Source: Octopus sinensis
Lineage: Eukaryota
Reading direction: 5' to 3'
Length of the DNA stretch: 64,000 nt
NCBI RefSeq assembly: GCF_006345805.1
Contig: NC_043015.1
Location: 51,522,001 to 51,586,000 of the forward strand
Below are positions 39,300 to 52,391 of the stretch, piece after piece. The translations under genes were made by a program, and so were the position numbers. How positions within the stretch are numbered: the stretch's first letter is position 1; each line of letters opens with the position of its first letter. The notes below the pieces were generated by a model. That model worked only from the letters and a program-made list of their open reading frames with translations, was not told the DNA's origin and did not search any database.

Positions 39300-39812
39300 A
39301 ATAGCACCACCTGATAGGATTATCTAAATCTTAAGTCAAGTTTTGTGGTATTATTGTCCATTCAAGTAGGGAGTTCTTGTTAAGTGAGTTGTATCCAGGT
39401 ATAGGTGGCTTAGCTGGTCTTCCTTGAAGAAATTTGTCCAGATTCCACTTAAATGTAATGGGATCCTTTTCTTCTTTGATCAGTTTTGGGACAATGTTAA
39501 ACAGAGCAGGGCCTGTTGAGGAAAAGAAATTGTGTCGCAGTGTACCCATATGTTGTTATCCTTAATTAGGCAGGGGACATATGGCCGGTGGCCCTAGCGT
39601 TCGTTGAACCTTGAAGCTAATGTTCAGGTCATTTGGGTAATGCTGGCGGTATATTCCCCATATCGTGAAAATGATGGACCACTCGCGGCAGTGCTGGAGA
39701 GAGTAGTGTTTCGAGGCTTTAATACGGTCCCAGTAATTTAGATCAGTCATGCCATTAATTTGTTTAGTGAATGCCCTCTGGGGTGATTCAATTTTCAGGG
39801 CCTTGAAGTTTC
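39300..39812 (-). mobile_element. CR1-superclade LINE ORF2 C-terminal remnant
   Basis: ESPQRAFTKQINGMTDLNYWDRIKASKHYSLQHCRE ... TLRHNFFSSTGPALFNIVPKLIKEEKDPITFKWNLDKFLQ...PIPGYNSLNKNSLLEW resembles the motifs FTKxIxGMxxLxYWERL..YSLQRRRER and GPxLFNxLP...FKxxLDKFL. Confidence 0.85.
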
Positions 39813-40764
39813 GCGCTGGGGTCGGTGTTATCGACTAGCCCCTTTCCCCATCAAATTTCAAGGCCTTGTGCCTAAAGTAGAAATATTAATAATTATTTTG
39901 ATGATTATGGTTGTTGTTGCTATACAGTCTCAAGTCATTTCTGATCAAAGACGCTCCAACCGTGGCCATTGCTTTTTTTTTTATTATGTAGAAATAATAT
40001 CCTTTGTTTCTTCAGTGAATTTTTTTTTTATTACATCCATTTTCGAAGGCGCTACTTAATGATTTAGCGTAGATTTGACTGCTATTTCATGTTGGTCAAT
40101 GACTTGCAATTGAACGCCTGTTAGTTCGCTATCTTATATTTCTTAGATCAGTCTTGACTGAGCAGAATTATGATCGAAGTTGAAACATTCAACCACGACC
40201 CTCCTTGCAGGCATCGTGTTTTTGCTTTTCCGATGTAATTCCGCTCCCCACTCTTATCCAATATGTATTTCCATCGTTTATCAAATGTGTCCTTCCCTTT
40301 CAAAGAAAGACAACAGAGCGTGACTTGAGAAGATTTTGTTGATATTTCATACAGGACAAGCGACGTGTAAGTATGGACATTGTATCATTGAATAGTCTTT
40401 TTTTTTTACAGATAACTGTACTCGACTTTCTGGAGATTTCGAGAGAAAATCGATATTTGAGTCCTTTAGAAAGTAATACAGTATTAGCTGGCAAGATAAC
40501 GGTTTTCACTGATAAAAATGTTTACAGAAAGATTCTAATAATTACTAGCGCTTTTGTTTCTTTATTTCTTAATTTGTGTTTTATTTACTTCTTTCGTACC
40601 GATTGAACTTGGTTTCTCTCTTTCATAGTGTTACGGATTTATGTGTGTAGATGTACAATCCAGAATAGCATGTAGAAAAGATAACGATATTAAGTTCTTG
40701 AGTATTGGAGCAAAAGTGTTTTTTTTTAAACCCTTTACGAAAATATTCCCCTGAAAATCATAAA

Positions 40765-41560
40765 TATCACAAGATTATTGATAGAAGTTCTTGAAAAGTA
40801 GTTTTTTTTTATCTAACACATATACTTGCGCAATATATATCCAATATGACCTACACAAAACTAGACCGTGTTTCCTCGACCCAGGCTTCCCAGCACTACG
40901 GATTTATTCACCCAATAACATACCAACTAGACGGCGAGTTTATTTTCAAAGTAATTACCCAGTAAATGCTAACAACAGTCTCGTCTCGAAGCTATAAATT
41001 GAATTAGCTGCAAACACTTTAAAATTTCGTTATAACCACAACCGTTTACATTCCGCCCACCATTATAAACCTTTTGATACCTCGTTATCTACATTTATTA
41101 TCACAAGATTATTGATAGAAATTCTAGAAAAGTAGTTTTTTTTCTATGCAACACCTATACTTGCGCAATATATTTCTTTATTGCCCAGAAGGGGCTAAAC
41201 ATATAGGGAACATTCAAGAACAGACAAACGGACTAAGTCGATTATATCGACCCCAGTGCGTAACTGTTACTTATTTAATCGACCCCGAAATGATGAACCC
41301 ATACTTGCGCAATACACAAAACTAGACCGTGTTTCCTCAACCTAGGCTTCACATCACTACAGATTTATTCACATAATAACATACCAACTAGTCGCTGAGT
41401 TTAGTCTCAAAATAGTTACCCAGTCAATGTTAACACTAGTCTCGTCTCTAAGCTATACATTGGATTAACAGTAAACACTTTAAAATTTCGTTATAACAAC
41501 CACCGTTTACATTCCGCACACCATTCTAAACCTTTTGATATATCGTTATCTACATTTTTC
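40765..41560. repeat. Diverged ~330-bp tandem duplication; second unit interrupted by a SINE
   Basis: tatcacaagattattgatagaa...acacaaaactagaccgtgtttcctc...aaacactttaaaatttcgttataac...tcgttatctacattt is present twice. Confidence 0.9.
41172..41298 (-). mobile_element. SINE family B fragment with a 14-bp TSD
   Basis: atacttgcgcaata at 41157-41170 and 41301-41314. Confidence 0.85.
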
Positions 41561-42020
41561 TGAAGACTCAAGTCGAAGTACACATATGAATAGGAAATCG
41601 CTTGAAACATTACTTCATTACGAATCTCTCCCTAACAGTAATTTTGAATTAGTCTCCCTTTGCTTACATAAACGCTCTGAATAATCAAATATTATAAACT
41701 TTCCGTACTTCTTGAGAAGTAATACAAGTTTCCGAGAGTAACTTCCTTTCTAACATTGTTTACAATTTTTGTCTTCCATAATAACAGCACCGCTCAACGA
41801 AACATTTTTCATTAATTCCTTTCTTGTACATTCTATTTACGGACATTGTACCCAGTTCTAACCTCGGAATTTACATATCTTTAGCATCCATGCCAACAAC
41901 TGTGTTATACTATTTTACCTATTAGCCAATCAGGTTACTCTATTTCAAAAAAATTTGTCTAACCCTTCCATATACTGCGCGCACGTACACAGATAAATTC
42001 GTATGGTATCGAAATATCAT

Positions 42021-42382
42021 AGGCGCAGGAGTGGCTGTGTGGTAAGTAGCTTGCTTAACAACCACACGGTTCCGGGTTCAGTCCCACTGCGTTGCACCTT
42101 GGGAAAGTGTCTTGTGAGTGGATTTGGTAGACGGAAACTGAAAGAAGCCTGTGGTATATATATATATATGTATATATATGTGTGTGTGTGTGTTTGTCCC
42201 CCCAACATCGCTTGACAACCGATACTGGTATGTTTACGTCCCCGTTACTTAGCGGTTCGGCAAAAGAGACCGATAGAATAAGTACTAGGCTTACAAAGAA
42301 TAAGTCCTGGGGTCGTTTGCTCGACTAAAAGGCGGTGCTCCAGCATGGCCGCAGTCAAATGACTGAAACAAGTAAAAGAGAA
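42021..42382 (+). mobile_element. SINE family A with an internal deletion
   Basis: Matches the family-A consensus but lacks the ttctactatagcctcgggccgaccaaagcc segment. Confidence 0.95.
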
Positions 42383-42848
42383 AGAGTATATTTGTGTGTT
42401 TGAAGGGGAAAAAGATTGTAAAAGTTAAATAGGTGGAGTTAGATTTTGATTAAGGCAGAAAAATGTGTCTGGGAAGAGAAAGAGAGGAGACAGAGAGAGA
42501 AGGGAGAGAAGAAACAGTGGTGTATGTAAGTGAGGATAATAAATAGAAGTGAGGAAGCGAGAATAAAAGCTTAAATAAGTGTAGTGATAGATTTACAATC
42601 ATAGATGAGACGAATAAATTCTCGTTTGACACCTCACTGGAGAAAGAAGTTGAAAAATTATTATGAGAAGAGTCAAAGAAGAAGTTAATAGCAGCTCTAC
42701 CTGAGGTATAAGGAATAAGAATAAAATAAAGACGACGAAATGAGAGAAGAAACAAGTGTTACAAGGCTTGTAGCAGAAATATTGAGCAATGCTGGAAGTT
42801 AACAGAAGACAACCCTATCGTTTTCGACAGGCACTACTACACTGTGAA

Positions 42849-42902
<54 letters not shown>

Positions 42903-44443
42903 GTGTATGTGGGTGCATGTGTATTCGTATGGATGGATGTGTGTAGACAATGGGTACACGTGCTTCACAACTCAATTCGTCTAAAAATGAGGTTTATTTT
43001 TTTTACTGAAAGTTGCCTATAAATAATTAAAAATTAATTAGAACTATGACATATGCATATATGTGTGCAAAAGAGTATGCATGCTTCTGCGAATATGCCT
43101 GTGTATTCATGTTGTATGTACGCGCGTGTACGCGTGCGTGTGCACCTGAACACACGTGTGCGTGCAAGTTGAGTGTATGGCGTATGTATGGTAGTGGAAA
43201 GTTCCAAGGTGACATAATCTGTTCCGAAAATTTTCATCATCTGTTTCAGATATCTCTCGCTTCTCGAGGAAAAAGAAAATTTCTTTTTCGCATTCCGATA
43301 TTTTTTTTTTGTTCTTCCTTCTTCCAAAACTTGGCATTCTTCATCCAATTTCATCTAACCTTGTTCTTATTCACATGTATTGGTATACTATGCCAAATAT
43401 ACACACACACATATATATATATACACACACACACACATATATATATACACACACACATATATATATATACACACACACACACATATATATATATACACAC
43501 ACACATATATATCCAGAATTTCAAGAATAACTGCAGCCCTCCACTCAGTTTCTCTCTCTCTCTGTCTGTATATATATGTGTGTGTGTGTGTGTGTATGTA
43601 TGTGTATATATATATATATATATATAAATACACGCACATACATTAACACAAGCACATATATGTATATATACACCCAGAAATATAAACAGTTTATAATTTT
43701 GTGAAGTTCTGTGTGTGTGTTTATATTACAAATATACATACTCACGCGCGCGCGCGCACACACACACACACACACACTCACACACATATGTATCATATAT
43801 ATATATATATATATATAAAACATGTATGCGAATAATCCATATTTGTATTGCTTTTTCTTTTGTCTTGCTCGATTACGTTTTGGTTGTTTTGCAAAATTTT
43901 TCTTGAGAACATTTTTTAATGGTAAGACCATAGCAGATCTATTTCTAGCATAAGGGTGTCCACATAGTGGTTTCCCTCTAATATGTGTATGTATATATAT
44001 ATATACAGTGAGATACGAAGAGAGACATGGTGTTGTATATTCACGAGACTTAGAACCTGCTTATTTTTCAGCCTCAAACTCCACTCCCACTATGACCATC
44101 GCCATCATACACAACATTACCTCCATTACGCTCGTCTTTACAGCCCTTGGCCTACTACGTCACGCCACACACCTGACACTACCACAACAAAAACAACAAC
44201 AATACTAGCTATCACCAGTATTTTCACCACCGCCGCCGTGATCAACAACATTAATAATATTACCGACGCTAACAAAATTCCACCGTTGTTACAACCACCA
44301 CCACAGTTACAACCACCACTACCACCAAAACATCTCTATCGCCATTACAGACATCACCACTATCACTTAAACCATTACTAACACCAATACCATTGTACTA
44401 TATTTACATTCGGCAGATATTTGTCGTCATCTTATTTGTTGTT

Positions 44444-44488
44444 AACACAACGTTCGGCTGATATACCCTCCAGCCTTCATCAGGTGCC
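44444..44488 (-). ncRNA. Minimal type-I hammerhead motif (one A of GAAA missing)
   Basis: ggcac-ctgatga-a-ggctg-gagggtatat-cagcc-gaa-cg-t-t-gtgtt. Confidence 0.55.
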
Positions 44489-44539
44489 TTGGGGAAATTT
44501 CGAACCTGAGTTCTCATTCCTAAGATATTATATTATTAT

Positions 44540-44853
44540 TACTATTCTATGTTTGACTTTTGCTTTACATTTGCACAAGCTGGCTCCAAGTCTCACCCAG
44601 GGACCTCAAGAGACTACAAGTTGGACGTTCATGTTGGTGTTATGCCTAGGGTGCCATATATTTGGTTTTGTATTTCGTGTTGTACTAGTGAATGTCTAAA
44701 AAAACATACGAAAATTATATTTGTTTTAAAACTTGAGATTACAAAGAAAGTATTTGGCGTAGGATATGAGCTTTTCCCATGAGCACTATCTTGAATTTCT
44801 GCCATTTTGGTGTTTCCTGGTATCTGAGTTAGGTAGCAATCAGCCCCTTTTGC
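44540..44853 (-). mobile_element. R4/Dong-like LINE 3' end inserted in (AAT)n
   Basis: AKGADCYLTQIPGNTKMAEIQ / KIVLMGKAHILRQILSL* (one frameshift), then a 3' UTR; (TAT)n on both sides. Confidence 0.75.
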
Positions 44854-44888
<35 letters not shown>

Positions 44889-45446
44889 GTCACTGCTTGG
44901 AATCGAACGTGGAATCTTGGGGTTAGTAGCCCGCGCTCTTAAACACTACGCCATATATAATGTACATAAGTCCTCATCTCTTAAATATACAACACCAATA
45001 CCATTGTACCATCACTTGCACCACCCAAACTATCTCCACCACGGCCACCACTGGTGAAACTATCACCTTCACAGTCACCATTGCATCTACCACCAATACC
45101 TTACCACCATCAGTAACACTCCTACCGATATCCACTACCATCAAGTTATCACCAAATCATTGCCACGTGAAACAAAGGGCAAGCACCCCACCGCCACACA
45201 AACTGGTTGCCCTTCCTGTTAGAAACAGCAGCCAAATCTTCCTCATGTCACACCCAACTGGTTTCTTTTTAGAAAGAGAGGAAAAAGAAGACGCGTTGGC
45301 TAACGTAGTCCTACATTCACAGTAAATGGACGGGATGGTCATTTCCGGAACGCCTTTGATAGTACGTTTGCTTAATCAGGATTAAGCATGGGCTAAACTA
45401 TAGCAACAACAATAGCGACGACAACGACAGTAGCAACAACAACAGT

Positions 45447-45625
45447 GGAGGCGCAAAGGTCCAGTGGTTAGGGCAGCGGACTTGCGGTCGTAAGACCGCG
45501 GTTTCGATTCCCATTGTGAGTGTTTATTGAGCAAAACACCTAAGCTTCACGACACTCCGGCGGGGGTGGGGGTGTACCCCGCTGTACTCTTTCACCACAA
45601 CTTTCTCTCCCTCTTTCTTCCTCCT
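45447..45625 (+). mobile_element. SINE family C
   Basis: Head nearly identical to 27405 (agtggttagggcagcggacttgcggtcgta..gtttcgattccc). Confidence 0.85.
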
Positions 45626-46104
45626 TCTGCCACAAAGCAGAGGAACCATGGTGTAACCCACTATGGTGTGGTAAAACTTTCAGACCCTAGTCTAGATTGC
45701 GAATCCTCTGTATCCCAGGATGGTTCAGCTCTCCACCCGTTAGAAAGGCCACCGTTTACAGAATGAGGATAACAACGTAGCTTTCGCGCCCGTGCAACCG
45801 CCAGTCTATCACGTGTGGTGGGTGGATCTTCAAGTTGCCACACGCATTCTTAGTAGCTTAAAGTAGGTTCGAATTAGAGATTATTCTTTGTGGCTAATGG
45901 CGTGAATCCTGATTGAAAGAAGACAACATCATTACCGTTAACCCTAGCACTATATCCGCCATCAAAAATGCGATTTGCAAGACTTAACACTATACCACAA
46001 ACCCGTAGCATCCTCCGCCACCACACTACTTACTTCTGTCAATACTATCGCCATCCCTGCAGCCACCACTAATGCTACTGGCACCTGCACCACCACCAGA
46101 ATCG

Positions 46105-46295
46105 ATACAGCACTGGACAAAATGCTCAGCGGCATTTATTCCGTCTTTACGTCCCGAGTTCAAACTCCGCCATAGTCATCTTTACCTTTCACCCTTTCGG
46201 TGATCGATAAAACGGTTAGCAGGCGAGCAATGGGAACAATGTAATCGATTAACTCCGATCCACAAAATTTCGGGACTTGTGCCTTTAGCAGAAAG

Positions 46296-46328
<33 letters not shown>

Positions 46329-46520
46329 GGAAGGTGGCGGGTGAAATGCTTAGCGGTATTTCGTCTGCCGCTACGTTCTGAGTTCAAATTCCGCCAAGGT
46401 CGATTCTGCTTTTCATTCTTTCAGGGACAATAAATTAAGTACCAGTGTAATACTGGAGTCGATGTATTCGACTAATCTCCTCCTTCAAATTTTCAGGCCT
46501 TGTGCCTATATTAGAAAGGA
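46105..46520 (+). mobile_element. Two SINE family B copies
   Basis: Family-B core twice, separated by (TAT)n. Confidence 0.85.
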
Positions 46521-46527
46521 CTATTAT

Positions 46528-47062
46528 TGAGTGAGAGAGCAGTGCATGCCATCTAAGTGATACTGGGATAAAATATACGAAGCCCATTATACCCATCACG
46601 ACTACCCGTCTTATAAGTGTACACCAGGTACATGCATCACAATCACATGTGTGAGACATGGTGATCTCACATCAAGATAAACAGCACATGACCTTGCAGG
46701 TGGAGCACAGTTAGAATTTTCTTCAGGGCTGAGTAGCCCATCCCACTTAAAAGGTCCCCGAATAAGGGTTGTTTAAGGATGAACGAAACAACCATGTTTC
46801 CAGATGTGAATTATCCAAACCACAAAGAATTCTCCTCAACACATGGCTATGATGCTCCCCCACTACTTCTGCTCGTGATTAGAGATGCACATATCGTCAT
46901 ATGCTCAACTGATTAAGGTCAAACAACTGACAAGCAAATCTGTGGTTTTGAGCAGAACATTTACTATAGCCCATCTTTTATACTAAGACAAAACTATGTA
47001 AATGATGACACTTCCAATCCATTAAGATCGGAAGCAATGAAAGCCATTGCCTGGTACTATTA
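46528..47062 (-). mobile_element. Interspersed repeat, probably a LINE 3' UTR-like fragment (class uncertain)
   Basis: Complex non-coding sequence ending in an aataat-type tail on the - strand, between SINEs. I recall it as an abundant octopus repeat but could not verify this. Confidence 0.35.
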
Positions 47063-47084
47063 AGGCAGTGAGCTGGCAGAATCG

Positions 47085-47650
47085 TTAGCAAGCTGGACGA
47101 ACTACTTAGCGGTATTTTGCCCGTCGCTGCCTTCTGAGTTCAAATTCCGCTGAGGCCACTTTGCCTTTCCAATTACGCACTGGAGTCGATCTAATCGACT
47201 ATCCCCACCCCCAAATTTTAGGCCTTGTGCCTAAAGCCGAAATTATTATAATTATTATTTGGGAGTTTTTCGTTGTTATATTTTCGTTGTTAAACTGCCT
47301 TTTTACTCGATTTTTGCAAAAACGGACAAAACCTTTTGTAACCTTTCGTCCTGTTTTGTCCCTTTATGTTTTCTAATCATGTGTGTCAGCCCTTGTGGCC
47401 AATAAAAAGAATTAATTAATTATTATTATTATTATTATTATTCAAGCGGCGAGCTGGCATCGTCGTTAGCGCGCTGAACAAAATGCTTAACGGCATTTCG
47501 GCGGTCTTCACATTCTGAGTTCAAACTCTGCTGAGGTTGACTTTGCCTTTCATCCTTTTCCGAGTCGATAAAATAAGTACCAGTCATGCACTGGGGTCGA
47601 CGTCCACGCCTGACGCCACATCCACAACATTTCAGGCCTTGTGTTTATAC
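47085..47650 (+). mobile_element. Two SINE family B copies
   Basis: gagctggcagaatcgttagc (47070) and ggcgagctggcatcgtcgttagc (47448), each with a family-B core. Confidence 0.85.
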
Positions 47651-48176
47651 ATTAAAAGAAAGGCTTATTAACACCAGCGACAAACACTACAAATTTTAAC
47701 AGATCTTGAGAAAATTCCAGAATAACTACCACCACAACCACTAGATCCATCATCATCACCGTCAACTGCAACTTAATCATCTACAACCACATCATTATTT
47801 TTCCACCATTTTCTCTTCCTACGCAACACTCCGCATCGTGACCTCCCTCTTCACCGCCATCGTCCCCACTATGAACACCACTCACACCATCGTCGTCGTC
47901 GCCAAATTTCTTTCCACAAGCGCCACAACTACAATTCCCACTCGTGCCACCACCACCACCAGTACTACTACGGCAACAACCACTTCAATTCGTTTCATCT
48001 CGTTTGACTGCCAGCTTATCTTCCTGTCATCATTTTTGGAGACTTTTTTTTTTCAGTCTTACACACATAACTGTCACCGTAAGTACGCACACACACAAAT
48101 ACATATACACACATACAGACACAATTGCATGCATGCATTCATACGATACATATATTTACACAGGAACTTAAACGTG

Positions 48177-48290
48177 TAGACGCAAAACACAGACTCACTT
48201 CGTTTGTACACAGGTACACGACAGCATAGCTATCCGTGTGTGTGTGTGTGTGTGTGTGTATAATATATATATATATATATATATATAGAC

Positions 48291-48334
<44 letters not shown>

Positions 48335-48391
48335 GGATAGCTATGCTGCCGCGTACCTGTGTGCAAACGAAGTGAGTTTGTTTTGTGTCTA
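48177..48391. repeat. ~62-bp inverted repeat enclosing a (TG)/(TA) microsatellite (MITE-like)
   Basis: actcacttcgtttgtacacaggtacacgacagcatagctatccgtgt versus acacggatagctatgctgccgcgtacctgtgtgcaaacgaagtgagt. Confidence 0.85.
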
Positions 48392-48454
48392 TCTATCTAT
48401 CTATATATATATATATATACACACACACATATGTACATATAATTACCCAAAGCC

Positions 48455-48540
<86 letters not shown>

Positions 48541-48548
48541 AAGATCTA

Positions 48549-48604
<56 letters not shown>

Positions 48605-49077
48605 CCATGTGTGAGTGTGTATGTATATATGTGTGTATAAATATATCTATGTGTGAATGTATGTATATAGTATGTATTATATACACACATCTGTGCGTGA
48701 ATGTATATATGTTTGTGGATAAGTATTTATATATATTTATATATACATATATATTTAGATATAGATATCTGGTATATGAAATTATGTACTTAGAAGTGCA
48801 TATAAATATCACACACACACATGATTAGATATGATTATATGTCTGTCTGTCTGTCTGTCTATAGCTACATGTGAGTATGTGTTTATACAGTGTGTGTACA
48901 TCTATGCTGGAATTTACATAGTGCGTTACCGTTTAGTAAACGCACTCGTATATATCAGAAATGCAAATTTACATAAATAGAAACGCATACGCGTTATCCT
49001 ACCTCCAAATATTAACAGATACATACTAACAAGCGCATACAAAGATACAATAAAGACACGCATAATTTCTCATCTGC

Positions 49078-49109
<32 letters not shown>

Positions 49110-49619
49110 TATCTTTGCATTCTTTCTAACACGCACACATACATACATGCATGCAAGCTGAGAAACGCAGGTTTATACACAATACAAACACTAGCGTCCC
49201 CTTACGCACACCATCTGCTTTGCGCGTACGCACTCCTGGAAATCTGCGAAGCCCCAGGCCATAAGTTGGATGCAATGCAAAACTCCTGTCATGCTGGGTC
49301 CTTCACATAGGATATTTCTTTGATGTTACAACCGATGATGACGCTTAACGACATCACTACAGCAGAAACTGCCATTCTTGCACTTGCGCACAAGCATGCA
49401 CAAAGGGAGACATAGAGAGAGAGAGAGAGAATGAGAGAGAGAGAGAGAATGAGAGAGAGAGAGAGAATGAGAGAGGGGAGAGAGAGAGAAACTGAGACAG
49501 AGAGCGAGTGAAAAAGGAAGAGACAGAGTGGGGGAGAGAGTGAGGGCAGGAGAGAGAGAGTAAGTGAAAGTTAGGGAAACAAACGTAAACATACACACAT
49601 ATTTATATATATATTCTAT

Positions 49620-49969
49620 GAATCATTATATGCATGGTGATATATACATACACACACACACACATATATACATACACACACATATATACATACACACGTA
49701 TATATATATACATACACACACATATATATACATACACACACACATATATATACATACACATACACACACACATATATATATACATACATACATACACACA
49801 CACACACATATATATATACATACATACATACACACACACACACATATATATATATACATACATACATACATACACACACACATATATATATATACATACA
49901 TACATACATACACACACACACATATATATATACATACATACATACATACACACACACACATATATATAT

Positions 49970-50000
<31 letters not shown>

Positions 50001-50100
50001 ATATATCTAATACATACATACATACACACACACACATAATATATATACATACATACATACACAACACACCATAATATATACATACATACATACACCACAC

Positions 50101-50132
<32 letters not shown>

Positions 50133-50170
50133 TACATACACACATATATATATATATAAATGTATATCAC
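49620..50170. repeat. (CA/TA/CATA)n compound microsatellite
   Basis: Direct inspection. Confidence 0.9.
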
Positions 50171-50402
50171 TGCATATGATTATATCGATAATATATATAT
50201 ATAATGATGAAAGAATTGCACGCGCTGCAATTTTAGATGCAGATTTGCATACTCACACATGCTCTTGCAAATACATGCGCCATCTTCCCATCTCTATCCC
50301 AACGGCTTCCATCTCCTCCCCCACCTTCCAATTTCTTAGCATTTCCCTTCTCGTTCTCTTCTACCTTTCGCCAATTATCTCTGTTCAATGTAAGTTCATA
50401 TT

Positions 50403-50446
<44 letters not shown>

Positions 50447-50503
50447 ATATATATATACACACAAAGCATTTTCATCAAATATACGTAGTTAATAATAATA
50501 ATA

Positions 50504-50548
<45 letters not shown>

Positions 50549-50834
50549 CACATACACACGAGCGCATCATTTCGTGTGTGTGCTTTCCGTTTATATCCGT
50601 CTATAGTTTTGCATATCTGTCACTTTTTCAAGATGTCTTCTTTATATTTAGTATATTCTCTCTCTGTCTTTCTCTTTTTCCTTTATGTCTATGAATCTAT
50701 CTTGTCTTTTGCGGTTCATCTACTTTTTGTTTCTCTCTCTCCATTCACCTGTCTCTCTTACCACCTATCTACCTGTCTATCTTACCATCTATTTACTTGT
50801 CTGTCTATGTCTATCTGCATGTGTCTATCTATCT

Positions 50835-50866
<32 letters not shown>

Positions 50867-51332
50867 ATCATCTGTGTCTACCTAGCTATCTACCCATCCA
50901 CCTATATATCTATGGATTGTTTCCTTTGCCATCCCAAACGATGAACATTACCGCTATCAATGACCATCACAATCATGACGTTCATCATCACCACCACCAT
51001 CCTCCTCTTCACCTATACCATCACCTCCACCATCACCTCTACCATGGCCCACAAATATTACCACCACCCCACCACCACCCACAGCAACGTTACCTCTACA
51101 ACACAGTAAATCATGATTGCCATGTTTATCATAGCTATACTAACCAACACCTTCATTACACCGTGACACATGTAGCGGTGATGCAACATGTTCACAGTGA
51201 GCTAATAAGGGAACCTCTACTTTCACCCTTGTAATTTTTCTTGGTAAAAAAAAAAAGGAGCCAAATTTCCCTCAAATTAAATCTCAGGGTCTTAAAAATA
51301 AAAAGAAAGGACCATTTGATAAAGTTTTAGAT

Positions 51333-51491
51333 CAGGAATGGGCAACGTTTTCCTGGTAGTGGGTCGCATAAGCTATGATGCATCGTCGGGTCACGCTACT
51401 AAAAGAAAAATAATTAAAAAAATCTTGAAGGTAACATTTCATTAAGTGTACCCTTCGGAAAGTTCCTTGGGTCTTCGTTTGCCCATGACTG
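51333..51491. mobile_element. hAT-type MITE (159 bp) with an 8-bp TSD
   Basis: TIRs caggaatgggcaa and ttgcccatgactg; TSD ttttagat at 51325-51332 and 51492-51499. Confidence 0.85.
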
Positions 51492-52391
51492 TTTTAGATA
51501 CACAATTTTTGAGGAAAATAGGACGGGATGGTTGTGGCTGGAGTGCCTCTGATTAGAGATCAGTTCACCTGGAGCTAAGCAACAGCCTCTTTATCATGAT
51601 CATCGCCGTTCAATCAGTAACATAAACAGGTACCATTAATGTTACCGCGCCTGTTATCACAGCAACCACTTCTAAAATCGAGACTGTTTACACCACACCG
51701 CGACTATTACCGTTACTATCATCACGAGTCAATGTGACAAAGCTTATCTGCTGTCGCTCAATCAGCTAGGAGAGACATCCACATTTTCCTCACTTCAAAC
51801 TGTCCACATCATAAGACGCTGGATAACACAGTAGTGGGCACCTTGTACAGACAGAAAAAGATTGGATGGTCACGACTAGAATGTCTTTGGTCATAGATCA
51901 GATCGATCGAGGGCTAAACAACATCGACAACCAATCATCGTAGCCTAGCATTGGTTCTACAAGGGCGTTGAATTGAAAAACGGTCGGACAAAATGCATCG
52001 GGGTTATTTGTATTCTGGGTTCAAATTCCTCAAAGTCAACTATGCCTTTCACTTCTCTTGGGCCTCTTATACGATAAAGTACCAGTCATGAACGGTGGGT
52101 AGAAGATATTGACTAATGCATTTATCCCTAATTTCTTTGGCCGTGTGCCTGCCATCACCATAAATACAAACATCAGCCTTGATAGCTAAATTTATGGTCC
52201 CCGAAAGTATGAATGTGAAAGTCGACTTCAGCAGTATATGAACTCGGAACACTGCTATCAATATTCAGGTCTGACTTGGCCTGGATTGGAACTCATATTA
52301 GTAATAAACGGATGAAGTTATATCGACGTAGGAGCATTATGGCCGAACGGTTAAGAACTTCTGTTCGGTATCATAATAATGGCATCTTAAA

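Larger units (their letters stand above)
44399..44990 (-). mobile_element. tRNA-head + (AAT)n + hammerhead composite element with a 19-bp TSD and a nested LINE fragment
   Basis: TSD aacaccaataccattgtac at 44380-44398 and 44991-45009. Same arm, tRNA-like segment and terminus as 18615-18992. Confidence 0.8.

Noticed and set aside
42400-42850. Purine-rich pseudo-ORF with scattered stops
   Set aside because: No recognisable TE or gene motif; the apparent openness is explained by composition.
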